A stretch of DNA of 64,000 nucleotides from Candidatus Limnocylindrales bacterium (GTDB lineage Bacteria > Chloroflexota > Limnocylindria > Limnocylindrales > CSP1-4). The notes under the pieces are model-generated. The model ran no database searches. It saw nothing but the letters and a program-made list of their open reading frames with translations, and had not been told where the DNA came from. How positions within the stretch are numbered: position 1 is the stretch's first letter; every line of letters starts with the position of its first letter. The DNA is taken from the NCBI GenBank assembly GCA_035699445.1, contig DASSPX010000031.1, forward strand, positions 10,570-74,569, in the 5' to 3' direction. A program made the position numbers and the translations under genes. Below, in pieces: positions 52,247-61,437 of the stretch.

Positions 52247-52989
52247 GGCGGACGCGAGACCTCCCCGACCTGGCAGAGGATCTCCGCGAGGTGCATCACC
52301 CGGATCGGCGCGCTGGACCGGGTCAGCAGCCCGCCGAGGTGCATCAGGCACGACGTGTCGGCCGACGTGAGCACCTCCGCGCCCGTGGACCGGATCGCCG
52401 CCAGCTTGTCGAGCCCCATCGCCACCGACGTCGCCTCGTTCTTGATCGCGAACGTGCCTCCGAAGCCGCAGCACTCGTCCGCCCCGGGCAGGTCGACGAG
52501 ACGCAGGCCGTCGACTGCCGAGAGCAGCCGCTGCGGGCGGTCGCCGATCCCGAGCAGGCGCACCGAGTGGCAGGTGGGATGGAAGGCGACCGCGTGCGGG
52601 AAGCTCGCCCCGACGTCCGAAACCCCCAGGTCGTCGACCAGGAACTCCGTCAGCTCGCGGACCCGCGGCGCGACCTCCGCCACGCCCGTGCCGAGGCGCG
52701 CATCACCTGCCATCTCGGCCACCGTCGCGTGGTGCGACCGGACCATCGCGGCGCACGACGCGGAGGGCGTGACCACCACGTCGTACGGCCGGAAGACGTC
52801 CACGAACCGGCGGACCATCGGCACGCACGCGTCGCGGTAGCCGGTGTTGAAGTGGAGCTGCCCGCAGCACGTCTGCCCCTCGGGGAACGCGACCTCGTGG
52901 CCGAGGCGGCCCAGGAGCGTGACGACGGCCCGGCCCACCTCCGGGAACAGCAGGTCGTTGAAGCAGGTGACGAACAGCGCGATGCGCAT
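52231..52989 (-). CDS. lutA: lactate utilisation protein A ((Fe-S)-binding CCG-domain oxidoreductase)
   Basis: Starts 'MRIALFVTCFNDLLFPEVG'. CCG motifs 'QTCCGQ' and 'ECCGFGG'. The ATG lies 2 nt after the rhaB stop. Confidence 0.9.
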   Translation of the reverse strand: MRIALFVTCFNDLLFPEVGRAVVTLLGRLGHEVAFPEGQTCCGQLHFNTGYRDACVPMVRRFVDVFRPYDVVVTPSASCAAMVRSHHATVAEMAGDARLGTGVAEVAPRVRELTEFLVDDLGVSDVGASFPHAVAFHPTCHSVRLLGIGDRPQRLLSAVDGLRLVDLPGADECCGFGGTFAIKNEATSVAMGLDKLAAIRSTGAEVLTSADTSCLMHLGGLLTRSSAPIRVMHLAEILCQVGEVSRPPQPAG

Positions 52990-52991
52990 CG

Positions 52992-54506
52992 TCAGGTCCG
53001 ACCGACGCGCGACGCCGTGACTGCACGCGTGGCCCGCGGGGCGGCCCCTGGCCGTGGCTCGTACCGACGGACCGGATGGGTCGCCCGCACGAGCCCCCGG
53101 AGCGTCGCGAGGTCGCCCCGGACCGCGCCGTGGGCGCGCGCCTGGACGAGGACGTTGCCGAGCGCGGTGGATTCCACCGGTCCGGCGAGGACCGGCAGCC
53201 CGCACGCATCCGCCGTGAGCTGGCACAGCAGCTCGTTGCGGGCCCCACCGCCCACGAGATGCACGTCCCGCACCTCGTGGCCCGACAGCCGCACCGCGTC
53301 GTCAAGCGCGCGGGCGAAGGCGGCGGCGAGGCTGTCGAGGATGCAGCGCACGATCGCCGCCTGCCCCTCGGGTACCGGCTGGCCGGCGCGGGCGCAGGCC
53401 TCCGCGATCCGTGCGGGCATGTCGCCCGGCGGGAGGAAGGCAGGATCGTCGGGGTCGATCATCGGACCGCCAGCGGGCACCTCCGCGGCGGCAGCCAGCA
53501 GTGGGCCGAGCTCGCTCGGCAGGCCGGCACGCTTCCACGCGCGGACCGATTCCTGGAGCAGCCACAGACCCATGACGTTGCGGAGGAACCGGATCCGCCC
53601 GTCGACGCCGCCCTCGTTCGTGAAGTTCGCGGCCCGGCTCGCCGGCGTCACCACGGGGTGCTCGAGCTCCACGCCCACGAGCCCCCACGTGCCGCACGAG
53701 ACGTACGCGAACCGCTCGTCCTCGGCCGGCACGCCCACGACCGACGACGCCGTGTCGTGCGAGCCGACGAGCGTCAGGACCGTCGACGGGGGCAGGCCCG
53801 TCTCGCGACGGACCGCATCGCTCAGCGGCCCCACGACGTCGCCCGGCTGCCGGAGCGCACCGAACAGCCGGCGCGGGATGCCCGCGGCCTCGATCACGTC
53901 GTCCGCCCAGTCGCCGGTCCGGACGTCGAGCAGGGCGGTCGTCGAGGCCATCGTGGCCTCGGACGCCGGGACGTCGCTCAGCCAGTAGCCCAGCAGGTCC
54001 GGAATCTGGAGCAGCCGCTCGGCCGGCGCGAGCTCACCCGCCGCGGCCGCCGCCGCGAGCTGGTAGATCGTGTTGATCTGCATCACCTGGATGCCGGTAC
54101 GCTCGTAGAGCCGCTCGACCGGCAGCCGCGCGTGGACCCGATCGGGCACGCCGTTCGTCCGCTCGTCGCGGTAGTGGTGCGGGTTGGCGACGAGTGCGCC
54201 GCGCGCGTCGAGCAGCGCGTAGTCGACGCCCCACGAATCGATCCCCACGCTCACGAGGTCGGGCGCCTCCGCGGCCGCCCGCCGCAGGCCGGCGAGCACC
54301 TCGTGGTGGAGCCGCAGGATGTCCCAGTGCAGGCCGTCGGTGACCCGGACGGGCTCGTTCTCGAAGCGGTGCGCCTCGACGAGCTCGAGCACTCCCGGCC
54401 CGACCCGGCCGAGGATCACGCGGCCGCTGGACGCCCCGAGGTCGACCGCGGCGAAGGCGCCGGCCGCGCGGTCGCCCCCGACGGCGCGATCGGCCCCGGG
54501 GCTCAC
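52992..54506 (-). CDS. rhaB: rhamnulokinase (FGGY family)
   Basis: 'AAVDLGASSGRV', 'GIDSWGVDYALLD', 'HLVGGGARNELLCQLTADA'. GTG at 54506 overlaps the rhaEW stop (GTGA). Confidence 0.85.
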   Translation of the reverse strand: MSPGADRAVGGDRAAGAFAAVDLGASSGRVILGRVGPGVLELVEAHRFENEPVRVTDGLHWDILRLHHEVLAGLRRAAAEAPDLVSVGIDSWGVDYALLDARGALVANPHHYRDERTNGVPDRVHARLPVERLYERTGIQVMQINTIYQLAAAAAAGELAPAERLLQIPDLLGYWLSDVPASEATMASTTALLDVRTGDWADDVIEAAGIPRRLFGALRQPGDVVGPLSDAVRRETGLPPSTVLTLVGSHDTASSVVGVPAEDERFAYVSCGTWGLVGVELEHPVVTPASRAANFTNEGGVDGRIRFLRNVMGLWLLQESVRAWKRAGLPSELGPLLAAAAEVPAGGPMIDPDDPAFLPPGDMPARIAEACARAGQPVPEGQAAIVRCILDSLAAAFARALDDAVRLSGHEVRDVHLVGGGARNELLCQLTADACGLPVLAGPVESTALGNVLVQARAHGAVRGDLATLRGLVRATHPVRRYEPRPGAAPRATRAVTASRVGRT

Positions 54507-56548
54507 CGCAGGAACGCGGCGGCCACGCCGGAATCGACGGGCACGTGGAGTCCCGTCGTCTGGGACAGGTCGCCGCCGACGAGCGCGAATACCGCATCCG
54601 CGACGTGCTCCGGCAGCACCTCGCGCTTGAGGAGCGTGCGCTGGGCGTAGAACTCCCCGAGCTTCTCCTCGGGCACGCCGTACGTCTTCGCACGGTCCGC
54701 GCCCCACCCCCCGGCGAAGATCCCCGACCCGCGGACGACCCCGTCGGGGTTGATCCCGTTGACCCGGATCCCCCACTGGCCGAGCTCCGCGGCGAGCAGC
54801 CGGACCTGGTGCGCCTGGTCGGCCTTCGCGGCGCCGTACGCGACGTTGTTCGGGCCCGCGAACAGGCTGTTCTTGCTCGCGATGTACACGATGTCGCCGC
54901 CCATGCCCTGGTCGCGCATCACCCGCGCGGTCTCGCGCGAGACGAGGAACGAGCCGCGGGCCATCACGTCATGCTGGAGGTCCCAGTGCTCCACGGTCGT
55001 CTCGAGCAGCGGCCGCGAGATCGACAGGCCGGCGTTGTTCACGACCAGGTCCACGCCCCCGAACGCGAGCACCGCCGCCGACACCGCGGCCGACACCTGC
55101 CCCTCGTCGGTCACGTCGCATGCCACGCTGGTCGCGGTGTCCGGGCCGCCGAGCTCCCGGGCCACGGCCTCGGCGGAATCGGCGTTCAGGTCCGCGACGA
55201 CGACGCACGCGCCCTCGGCGGCGAGCCGGTGGGCGATCGCGCGCCCGATCCCGGAGCCGCCCCCGGTGACGAGCGCGATCCGAGTCGCGAGCGGCTTCGG
55301 CTTCGGCATCCGCCGGAGCTTCGCCTCCTCGAGCGCCCAGTACTCGATCCGGAACTTCTCGGCTTCCGGGATGGGGGCGTACGTGGACAGTGCCTCCGCG
55401 CCGCGCATGACGTTGATCGCGTTGACGTAGAACTCGCCCGCGACCCGCGCGGTCTGCTTGTTCGGCCCGAAGCTGAGCATTCCCACGCCGGGGATGAGCA
55501 CGATCGCGGGGTCGGCGCCGCGCATTGGCGGGCTGTCCGGCTCGGCGTGTCGCTCGTAGTACGCCCGGTACTCGTCGCGGTAGGCGGCGTGGAGTCCGCG
55601 GAGCCGTTCGGCGACCTCGTCGAGGGGGGCGCTCGGCGGCAGGTCGAGGACCATCGGCCGAACCTTCGTGCGCAGGAAGTGGTCCGGGCACGACGTCCCG
55701 AGCGCGGCCAGTCGCGGGTGCGCCTCGCGGCTGAGGAAGTCGAGCACGACGTCGCTGTCGGTGTAGTGGCCGACCTGCGGCCGGTCGGTGGACGCGAGCC
55801 CGCGCAGGAGCGGCAGCAGCGCGGCCGCCCGCGCGTGGCGCTCCGCCTCCGGCAGCGGGCCATAGCCGGAGATGATCGGCCCGAACGGATCCGGCCGGCC
55901 GTGCTCCACGATGTATCGCTCCGCCGTGCGGATGATCTCCAGCGAGTTCGCCTCGCACGCCTCGGACGTCTCGCCCCAGGCCGTGATCCCGTGCCCGCCG
56001 AGGATCACGCCGATCGCCTCGGGGTGCTCGTGCCGGATCGCCGCGATATCCAGCCCGAGCTGGAAGCCCGGCCGGCGCCAGGGGACCCACGCCACCCGGT
56101 CGCCGAAGCAGCGGCGGGTGATCGCCTCGCCGTCCGCCGCGGTCGCGAACGCGATCCCGCTGTCGGGGTGGAGGTGGTCCACGTGCGCGGCGTCGACGAG
56201 GCCGTGCATCGCGGTGTCGATCGACGGCGCGGCGCCGCCACGACCGTGGAGGCAGTAATCGAACGCGGCGACCATCTCGTCCTCGCGCTCGACGCCGGGG
56301 TAGACGTCGACGAGGGCCCGCAGCCGGTCGAGCCGGAGCACGGCGAGGCCGGCCTCGGTGAGTGTCCCGAGATCGCCGCCCGAGCCCTTCACCCACAGCA
56401 GCTCGACCGGTCGCCCGGTGACCGGATCGACGTCCTCGCCCTTCGCGGAGGTGTTGCCGCCCGCGTAGTTCGTGTTGCGCGGGTCTGCCCCGAGCCGGTT
56501 CGACCGCTCGAGGAGGGCGCGAACGGGGGTGCGTGTCTCGACCCTCAT
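54503..56548 (-). CDS. bifunctional rhamnulose-1-phosphate aldolase / short-chain (lactaldehyde) dehydrogenase RhaEW-type
   Basis: N-terminal class-II aldolase/adducin-like half and C-terminal SDR ('VTGGGSGIGRA', 'YGAAK'). The ATG at 56548 overlaps the rhaI stop (ATGA); an alternative ATG is at 56557. Confidence 0.85.
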   Translation of the reverse strand: MRVETRTPVRALLERSNRLGADPRNTNYAGGNTSAKGEDVDPVTGRPVELLWVKGSGGDLGTLTEAGLAVLRLDRLRALVDVYPGVEREDEMVAAFDYCLHGRGGAAPSIDTAMHGLVDAAHVDHLHPDSGIAFATAADGEAITRRCFGDRVAWVPWRRPGFQLGLDIAAIRHEHPEAIGVILGGHGITAWGETSEACEANSLEIIRTAERYIVEHGRPDPFGPIISGYGPLPEAERHARAAALLPLLRGLASTDRPQVGHYTDSDVVLDFLSREAHPRLAALGTSCPDHFLRTKVRPMVLDLPPSAPLDEVAERLRGLHAAYRDEYRAYYERHAEPDSPPMRGADPAIVLIPGVGMLSFGPNKQTARVAGEFYVNAINVMRGAEALSTYAPIPEAEKFRIEYWALEEAKLRRMPKPKPLATRIALVTGGGSGIGRAIAHRLAAEGACVVVADLNADSAEAVARELGGPDTATSVACDVTDEGQVSAAVSAAVLAFGGVDLVVNNAGLSISRPLLETTVEHWDLQHDVMARGSFLVSRETARVMRDQGMGGDIVYIASKNSLFAGPNNVAYGAAKADQAHQVRLLAAELGQWGIRVNGINPDGVVRGSGIFAGGWGADRAKTYGVPEEKLGEFYAQRTLLKREVLPEHVADAVFALVGGDLSQTTGLHVPVDSGVAAAFLR

Positions 56549-57723
56549 GCTCCCCATCCTGCCTGCTGGCCGCCGACCCGTTCGGCCGCGATCCGCTCTG
56601 CGTACCCCGATCGCGCGTAGGCGGCCATCGGGTCGGGATCGAGACCCATCGCGACCCGCATCTCCGCGAGGAGCGGGCGCACGTCGGTGTCGTACGCGTC
56701 CATGAGCACGGCGTTGGCGCCCAGCACGTCACCCGCGGCCTGGGCGGTGGCGAGCGCGGCCTGGTCGACGAGGAGCGCCTTCGCCGTCGCCTCCTGTACG
56801 TTCATCACCGACCGGATCTGGCCCGGGATCTTCGGCTCGATGTTGTGGCACTGGTCGAGCATGAACGCCACGCCGGCCTCGGGCCGGATGGCGTCCGCCT
56901 TCACCACCTCGTGCATGATCCGGAACAGCTGGAACGGGTCCGCCGACCCCACCATGAGGTCGTCGTCCGCGTAGAACCGCGAGTTGAAGTCGAACGCGCC
57001 GAGGCGCCCCGCGCGGAGCAGCGACGCGACGATGAACTCGATGTTCACGCCCGGCGCATGATGGCCGGTGTCCACGACGACCATGGCCTTCGGCCCGAGC
57101 GCCAGGCAGTGCACGAGCGCCGTTCCCCAGTCCGGAACGTCCGTCGTGTAGAACGACGGCTCGAAGAGCTTGTACTCGAGCACGATCCGCTGGTCCGGTC
57201 CGAGCCGGTCGTAGACGATCCGGAGCGATTCCGCGAGGCGATCCTGGCGGGCACGGATGTCGTCCTGGCCCGGGTAGTTCGTGCCGTCGGCGAACCACAG
57301 CTTCAGGTCCCGCGAGCCGGTGGCGTCCATGATGTCGACGCACTCGAGCAGGTGGTCGACGGCCTTGCGACGGACGCGGGCGTCCGGGTGGCAGACGCTG
57401 CCGAGCATGTAGTCGTCGTCCTGGAACGTGTTCGAGTTGATCGTCCCGAGCGCGACGCCGAGCTCGCGGGCGTGGCGGGCGAGGTCGGCGTAGTCGTCCA
57501 CCCGGTCCCACGGAATGTGGAGGGCGACCGTTGGCGCGGCGCCCGTGTAGCGGTGGACCTGCGCCGCGTCGGCGACCTTCTCGTACGGGTCGCGCGGGAC
57601 GCCTCGCTGGGCGAACACCTTGAACCGGGTCCCGGAGTTGCCGAACGCCCACGATGGCAGCTCGATGCGCAGCTGGCGGACGCCCGCCGCGACGGAATTG
57701 GTGACAGGAGCGGCAACGGTCAC
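56545..57723 (-). CDS. rhaI: L-rhamnose isomerase, actinobacterial xylose-isomerase-like TIM-barrel type
   Basis: 392 aa from the GTG at 57723, with GGGGAGG 6 nt upstream. Context with rhaEW/rhaB/rhaM. The long ORF extension to 58914 is rejected. Confidence 0.75.
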   Translation of the reverse strand: MTVAAPVTNSVAAGVRQLRIELPSWAFGNSGTRFKVFAQRGVPRDPYEKVADAAQVHRYTGAAPTVALHIPWDRVDDYADLARHARELGVALGTINSNTFQDDDYMLGSVCHPDARVRRKAVDHLLECVDIMDATGSRDLKLWFADGTNYPGQDDIRARQDRLAESLRIVYDRLGPDQRIVLEYKLFEPSFYTTDVPDWGTALVHCLALGPKAMVVVDTGHHAPGVNIEFIVASLLRAGRLGAFDFNSRFYADDDLMVGSADPFQLFRIMHEVVKADAIRPEAGVAFMLDQCHNIEPKIPGQIRSVMNVQEATAKALLVDQAALATAQAAGDVLGANAVLMDAYDTDVRPLLAEMRVAMGLDPDPMAAYARSGYAERIAAERVGGQQAGWGA

Positions 57724-57841
57724 GGCTGACCTCCCCGGCTCGGTCGGGATCCGGTCAGCGGGCCCGCACGGGCGGCTGTCCGCGCCTCCCCGACGACTTC
57801 TTCCTCCGCGTGAGCCCGCGAGGCCGCAAGGCTGCCACAGG

Positions 57842-57907
57842 TTTCGATTGATTTCAATTGCCTTGTTGACATTGCGATTGCCTGCCTCTACCGTGCCGGT
57901 TCGCAAT
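57842..57907. promoter_or_regulatory. AT-rich control region of divergent rhaI / DeoR-regulator genes: repeated TTTC(G/A)ATTG boxes, ATTGCGA/TCGCAAT inverted repeat, and TTGACA-17-TACCGT promoter
   Basis: TTTCGATTG 57842-50 and TTTCAATTG 57852-60. ATTGCGA 57871-77 versus TCGCAAT 57901-07. TTGACA 57866-71, 17 nt, TACCGT 57889-94. Confidence 0.5.
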
Positions 57908-57942
57908 CCCGACGACCCCCCGCGGACGCACATCGGAGAGGC

Positions 57943-58827
57943 ATGGGCGCATCCCCCGGTCGCGGCTTCGCGTTTGCCCACGAACGCCAGCAGAGCATCG
58001 CGCGGATCGTGGAGGAGCACGGACGAGCGCGCGTCGGCGAGCTTGCCGCCCGGTTCGACGTGTCCACGGTCACGATCCGCAAGGATCTGCTCGCGCTCGA
58101 GCTCCAGGGCCGGGTCGTGCGCGCCCATGGCGGCGCCGTAGCCGTGCAGGCCGGGCACTCGGAGAGCGCCTTCGACATCCGCGAGCGGCTGCTGCCCGCG
58201 GAGAAGGACGCGATCGGCCGCGCCGCGGCGGCATCCGTCCTCCATGGCGAGAGCATCGCCCTCGACGCGAGCACGACGGCGCTCGCCGTGGCCCGGCACC
58301 TCCGGCGCCGCGGTCCGTGGCCCCACCTGACGGTGGTCACGAACGGGCTCCGGATCGCGTCCGAGCTCGCCGGGTCGCCCGGGATCACGGTCGCGATGCC
58401 GGCCGGGTTCGTCCGCTGGGAGGCCATGTCGCTGGTCGGCCCGCTGAGCGACGAGATGTTCGACCGGATCAACGTCCAGCGCGCCTTCATGGGCGCCGCG
58501 GGCTTCACGCTCGAGGCCGGCCTCACCGACGCGACGGAGGAGGAGGCGCACATCAAGCGCCTCATGGTGGGCGCGGCGACCGATGTCGTGGCCGTCGTCG
58601 ACCACACGAAGTTCGGTCGCGCGGGGTTCGCGACGTTCTGCCCCACCGAGCGGCTTACGGCGGTCATCACCAACGAGGGTGCTCCGGCGGACATGGTCGA
58701 GGCGCTCCGCGCCCGCGGGATCGAGGTCCGGTGCGTCGCGGCCTCGGACGGGGCCCCGCGTACCGTGGAGTCGACCGCCGGCGCCGCTCGGCCCACCCGG
58801 CGGCGGCCACGGCAGGTGCGCCGGTGA
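57943..58827 (+). CDS. DeoR-family transcriptional regulator (probable rhamnose regulator)
   Basis: HTH 'VGELAARFDVSTVTIRKDLLALE' and a DeoR C-terminal sugar-phosphate sensor domain. GGAGAGG upstream of the ATG. Confidence 0.85.
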   Translation: MGASPGRGFAFAHERQQSIARIVEEHGRARVGELAARFDVSTVTIRKDLLALELQGRVVRAHGGAVAVQAGHSESAFDIRERLLPAEKDAIGRAAAASVLHGESIALDASTTALAVARHLRRRGPWPHLTVVTNGLRIASELAGSPGITVAMPAGFVRWEAMSLVGPLSDEMFDRINVQRAFMGAAGFTLEAGLTDATEEEAHIKRLMVGAATDVVAVVDHTKFGRAGFATFCPTERLTAVITNEGAPADMVEALRARGIEVRCVAASDGAPRTVESTAGAARPTRRRPRQVRR

Positions 58828-60389
58828 CGGACGTCCTCGCCGGCCCCGCCCTCGCCGGGTCTGCCGCCGCGCCGCGCCTCGCCCTGCGAGGGGTGTCGAA
58901 GCGATTCGGGGCAACCCAGGCCCTCGACGACGTGTCGCTCGAGCTGCGTGCCGGCGAGGTGCATGCGCTCGTGGGCGAGAACGGTGCCGGGAAGAGCACG
59001 CTCGTGAAGATCCTGGCGGGCGTGTACCAGCCGGACAGCGGCACGGTCCACCTCGACGGCCGGTCGGTCGAGATCACGAGCCCCGGCTTGGCCCGGAACC
59101 TCGGCATTGCCGTCGTCCACCAGGAGCCTCGGCTGTTCCCCGACCTCACGGTCGCGGAAAACGTGTTCCTCGGCCACACGCCGACCGGCCGCCTCGGCAG
59201 CGTGGACTGGGGTGCCATGCGCCGGGCGACGGTCGATCGGTTGCGGGAGCTCGACGTCCGGCTCGACCCCGGCGCCCAGGTTCGCGGCCTGTCGATGGCG
59301 GACCAGCAGCTGATCGAGATCGTCAAGGCGCTCACGCTCGACGCTCGGGTGCTCATCCTGGACGAGCCGACGGCCTCGCTGTCCGTCCACGAGGTCGATC
59401 GGCTGTTCGCCATCGTGCGACGCCTCCGCGACCGGGGCGTCGCCGTGCTGTTCGTCAGCCACCGGCTCGACGAAGTGTTCGACCTGTGCGACCGGGCAAC
59501 CGTGTTCCGCGACGGTCGCCTGGTGGCGACGGAGGCCACCGCGGAGCTCACCACCGCCGACCTCATCCGGCACATGGTCGGACGGGCCGTCGAGCTGTTC
59601 CCCCGCGGCGAGCATCCCGTGGGGGACGTCGTGCTCGAGGTCGAGGACCTCAGTCGGGCGGGTGTGTTCGACGGCATCACCTTCTCGGTCCGGGCAGGCG
59701 AGATCGTCGGCCTCGCCGGCCTCGTCGGCGCGGGCCGGACCGAGGTGGCGCGGGTGCTGTTCGGGATCGACCGACCGGACCGCGGCGTCATCCGGATCGG
59801 CGGCGCACCGGTGGAGTTCGGCAGTCCTGCGGCAGCGATGCGCGGCGGGATCGCGTACGTCCCCGAGGATCGACACCAGGACGGCCTGGTGCTCGACTTT
59901 CCGATCGCCGCCAACGTCTCCCTGCCGATCCTGTCGCGCCTGTTCCGCGGATGGTTCCTGCGGCCCGCGACCGAGCGAGCGCTTGCCGACGAGTACGCCC
60001 GCGAGCTCCAGGTCCGGATGCGCGGCGTCGACCAGCTGGTGGCGGCCCTGTCGGGCGGCAACCAGCAGAAGGTGGTGCTGGCGAAATGGCTCGCGACGAA
60101 GCCGCGCGTGCTCATCCTCGACGAGCCGACTCGGGGCATCGACATCGGGGCGAAGGTCGAGGTCCACCGGATCGTGTCGGAGCTCGCCGCCTCGGGGCTC
60201 GCGATCATCCTCATCTCCAGTGACCTGCCCGAGGTCCTCGCGATGTCCGACCGGATCCTCGTCCTGCACGAGGGACGCCTCACGGCCGAGATTGCCCGTG
60301 CGGAGGCGACCGAGGAGCGGGTGATGTACGCGGCGACCGGCCAGGACCGTGGCGGCGCGTTGCCGCTCGCGGGGTCGGCGCATGGCTGA
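58824..60389 (+). CDS. sugar (rhamnose-type) ABC transporter ATP-binding protein, duplicated ATPase
   Basis: Walker A 'GENGAGKST' and 'GLVGAGRTE', signature 'LSGGNQQK'. The GTG start overlaps the regulator stop. Confidence 0.9.
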   Translation: MTDVLAGPALAGSAAAPRLALRGVSKRFGATQALDDVSLELRAGEVHALVGENGAGKSTLVKILAGVYQPDSGTVHLDGRSVEITSPGLARNLGIAVVHQEPRLFPDLTVAENVFLGHTPTGRLGSVDWGAMRRATVDRLRELDVRLDPGAQVRGLSMADQQLIEIVKALTLDARVLILDEPTASLSVHEVDRLFAIVRRLRDRGVAVLFVSHRLDEVFDLCDRATVFRDGRLVATEATAELTTADLIRHMVGRAVELFPRGEHPVGDVVLEVEDLSRAGVFDGITFSVRAGEIVGLAGLVGAGRTEVARVLFGIDRPDRGVIRIGGAPVEFGSPAAAMRGGIAYVPEDRHQDGLVLDFPIAANVSLPILSRLFRGWFLRPATERALADEYARELQVRMRGVDQLVAALSGGNQQKVVLAKWLATKPRVLILDEPTRGIDIGAKVEVHRIVSELAASGLAIILISSDLPEVLAMSDRILVLHEGRLTAEIARAEATEERVMYAATGQDRGGALPLAGSAHG

Positions 60390-61437
60390 GCCGGCCGTCC
60401 TCGAGCGTCCAACGGGCTGGGCGGGACGCGTGATCACCCTCGCCGCGCGCCAGCGGGAGCTGACGCTCGCCGGCCTCATCGTCGTGCTGGCCGCCCTCGT
60501 CGCCCTGCAGGCGCCCCAGCTCCTGTCCTCCTCGAACCTCGCCCAGGTCACCGCTCAGGCCTCGATCATCGGCATCGCCGCGGTCGGCCAGACGCTCGTG
60601 ATCCTCACGCGGAACGTCGACCTGTCGGTCGAGTCGACGATCGGCCTCGTCGCATTCGTCGTTGCCGAGGTCCTCGCCCAGCGGATGCTCGAGCCGGCGG
60701 CGGCGATCGCGTTCGGTGTCGGCCTCGGGCTCGTGCTCGGCGTCGCCAACGGCGTCCTCGTCGCGCTGCTCAACGTCCCGTCGATCGTGGCCACGCTGGG
60801 CACGCTCTCGATCTACCGGGGAATCGACTTCCTGCTCGCCGGCGGCAAGCAGGTGACGCTCACCGACCTGCCGCCCGGCTACACCGACGCCGCGCGCGCG
60901 ACGGTCGTCGGCATCCCGCTGTTCTTCCTGGTCGCGGTCGCGATCATCGCGGCATTCGCCGTGATCCTGCGACAGACGACCTTCGGACGCCAGCTGTACG
61001 CCGTGGGCAGCAATCCAGAGGCCGCTGCGATCCTGGGCATCCGGTCCCGGCTGATCGTGTTCGTCGCGTTCGCGCTGTGCGGGATGCTGGCCGGCGTTGC
61101 GGGCGTCCTGTGGGGCATCGAGTTCGGGACGATCAACGCGACGGCCGCCACCGGTGTCGTGCTCCAGGTCGTCGCGGCCTGTGTCGTCGGCGGCGTGAAC
61201 ATCTTCGGCGGATCGGGCACGGTCGTCGGCGCCGGCCTTGGCGCGCTGTTCCTCGGGTTCATCTCGAACGCGCTCATCCTGCTGCGCCTGTCGCAGTTCT
61301 GGCTCCAGGCGATCTACGGGATCGTGATCCTCGTCGCCGTCTCGATCGATGCCCTCGTCACGCGCCGCCTGGCGCGCTCGACGACCGTGCGGCGGTCGTT
61401 CGTCGGCGCTGCGGCAGCCGGGAGGGCGCGGCGATGA
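60382..61437 (+). CDS. sugar ABC transporter permease
   Basis: About 10 hydrophobic segments, ribose/rhamnose-type permease. ATG at 60382 overlaps the ATPase stop. Confidence 0.85.
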   Translation: MAEPAVLERPTGWAGRVITLAARQRELTLAGLIVVLAALVALQAPQLLSSSNLAQVTAQASIIGIAAVGQTLVILTRNVDLSVESTIGLVAFVVAEVLAQRMLEPAAAIAFGVGLGLVLGVANGVLVALLNVPSIVATLGTLSIYRGIDFLLAGGKQVTLTDLPPGYTDAARATVVGIPLFFLVAVAIIAAFAVILRQTTFGRQLYAVGSNPEAAAILGIRSRLIVFVAFALCGMLAGVAGVLWGIEFGTINATAATGVVLQVVAACVVGGVNIFGGSGTVVGAGLGALFLGFISNALILLRLSQFWLQAIYGIVILVAVSIDALVTRRLARSTTVRRSFVGAAAAGRARR

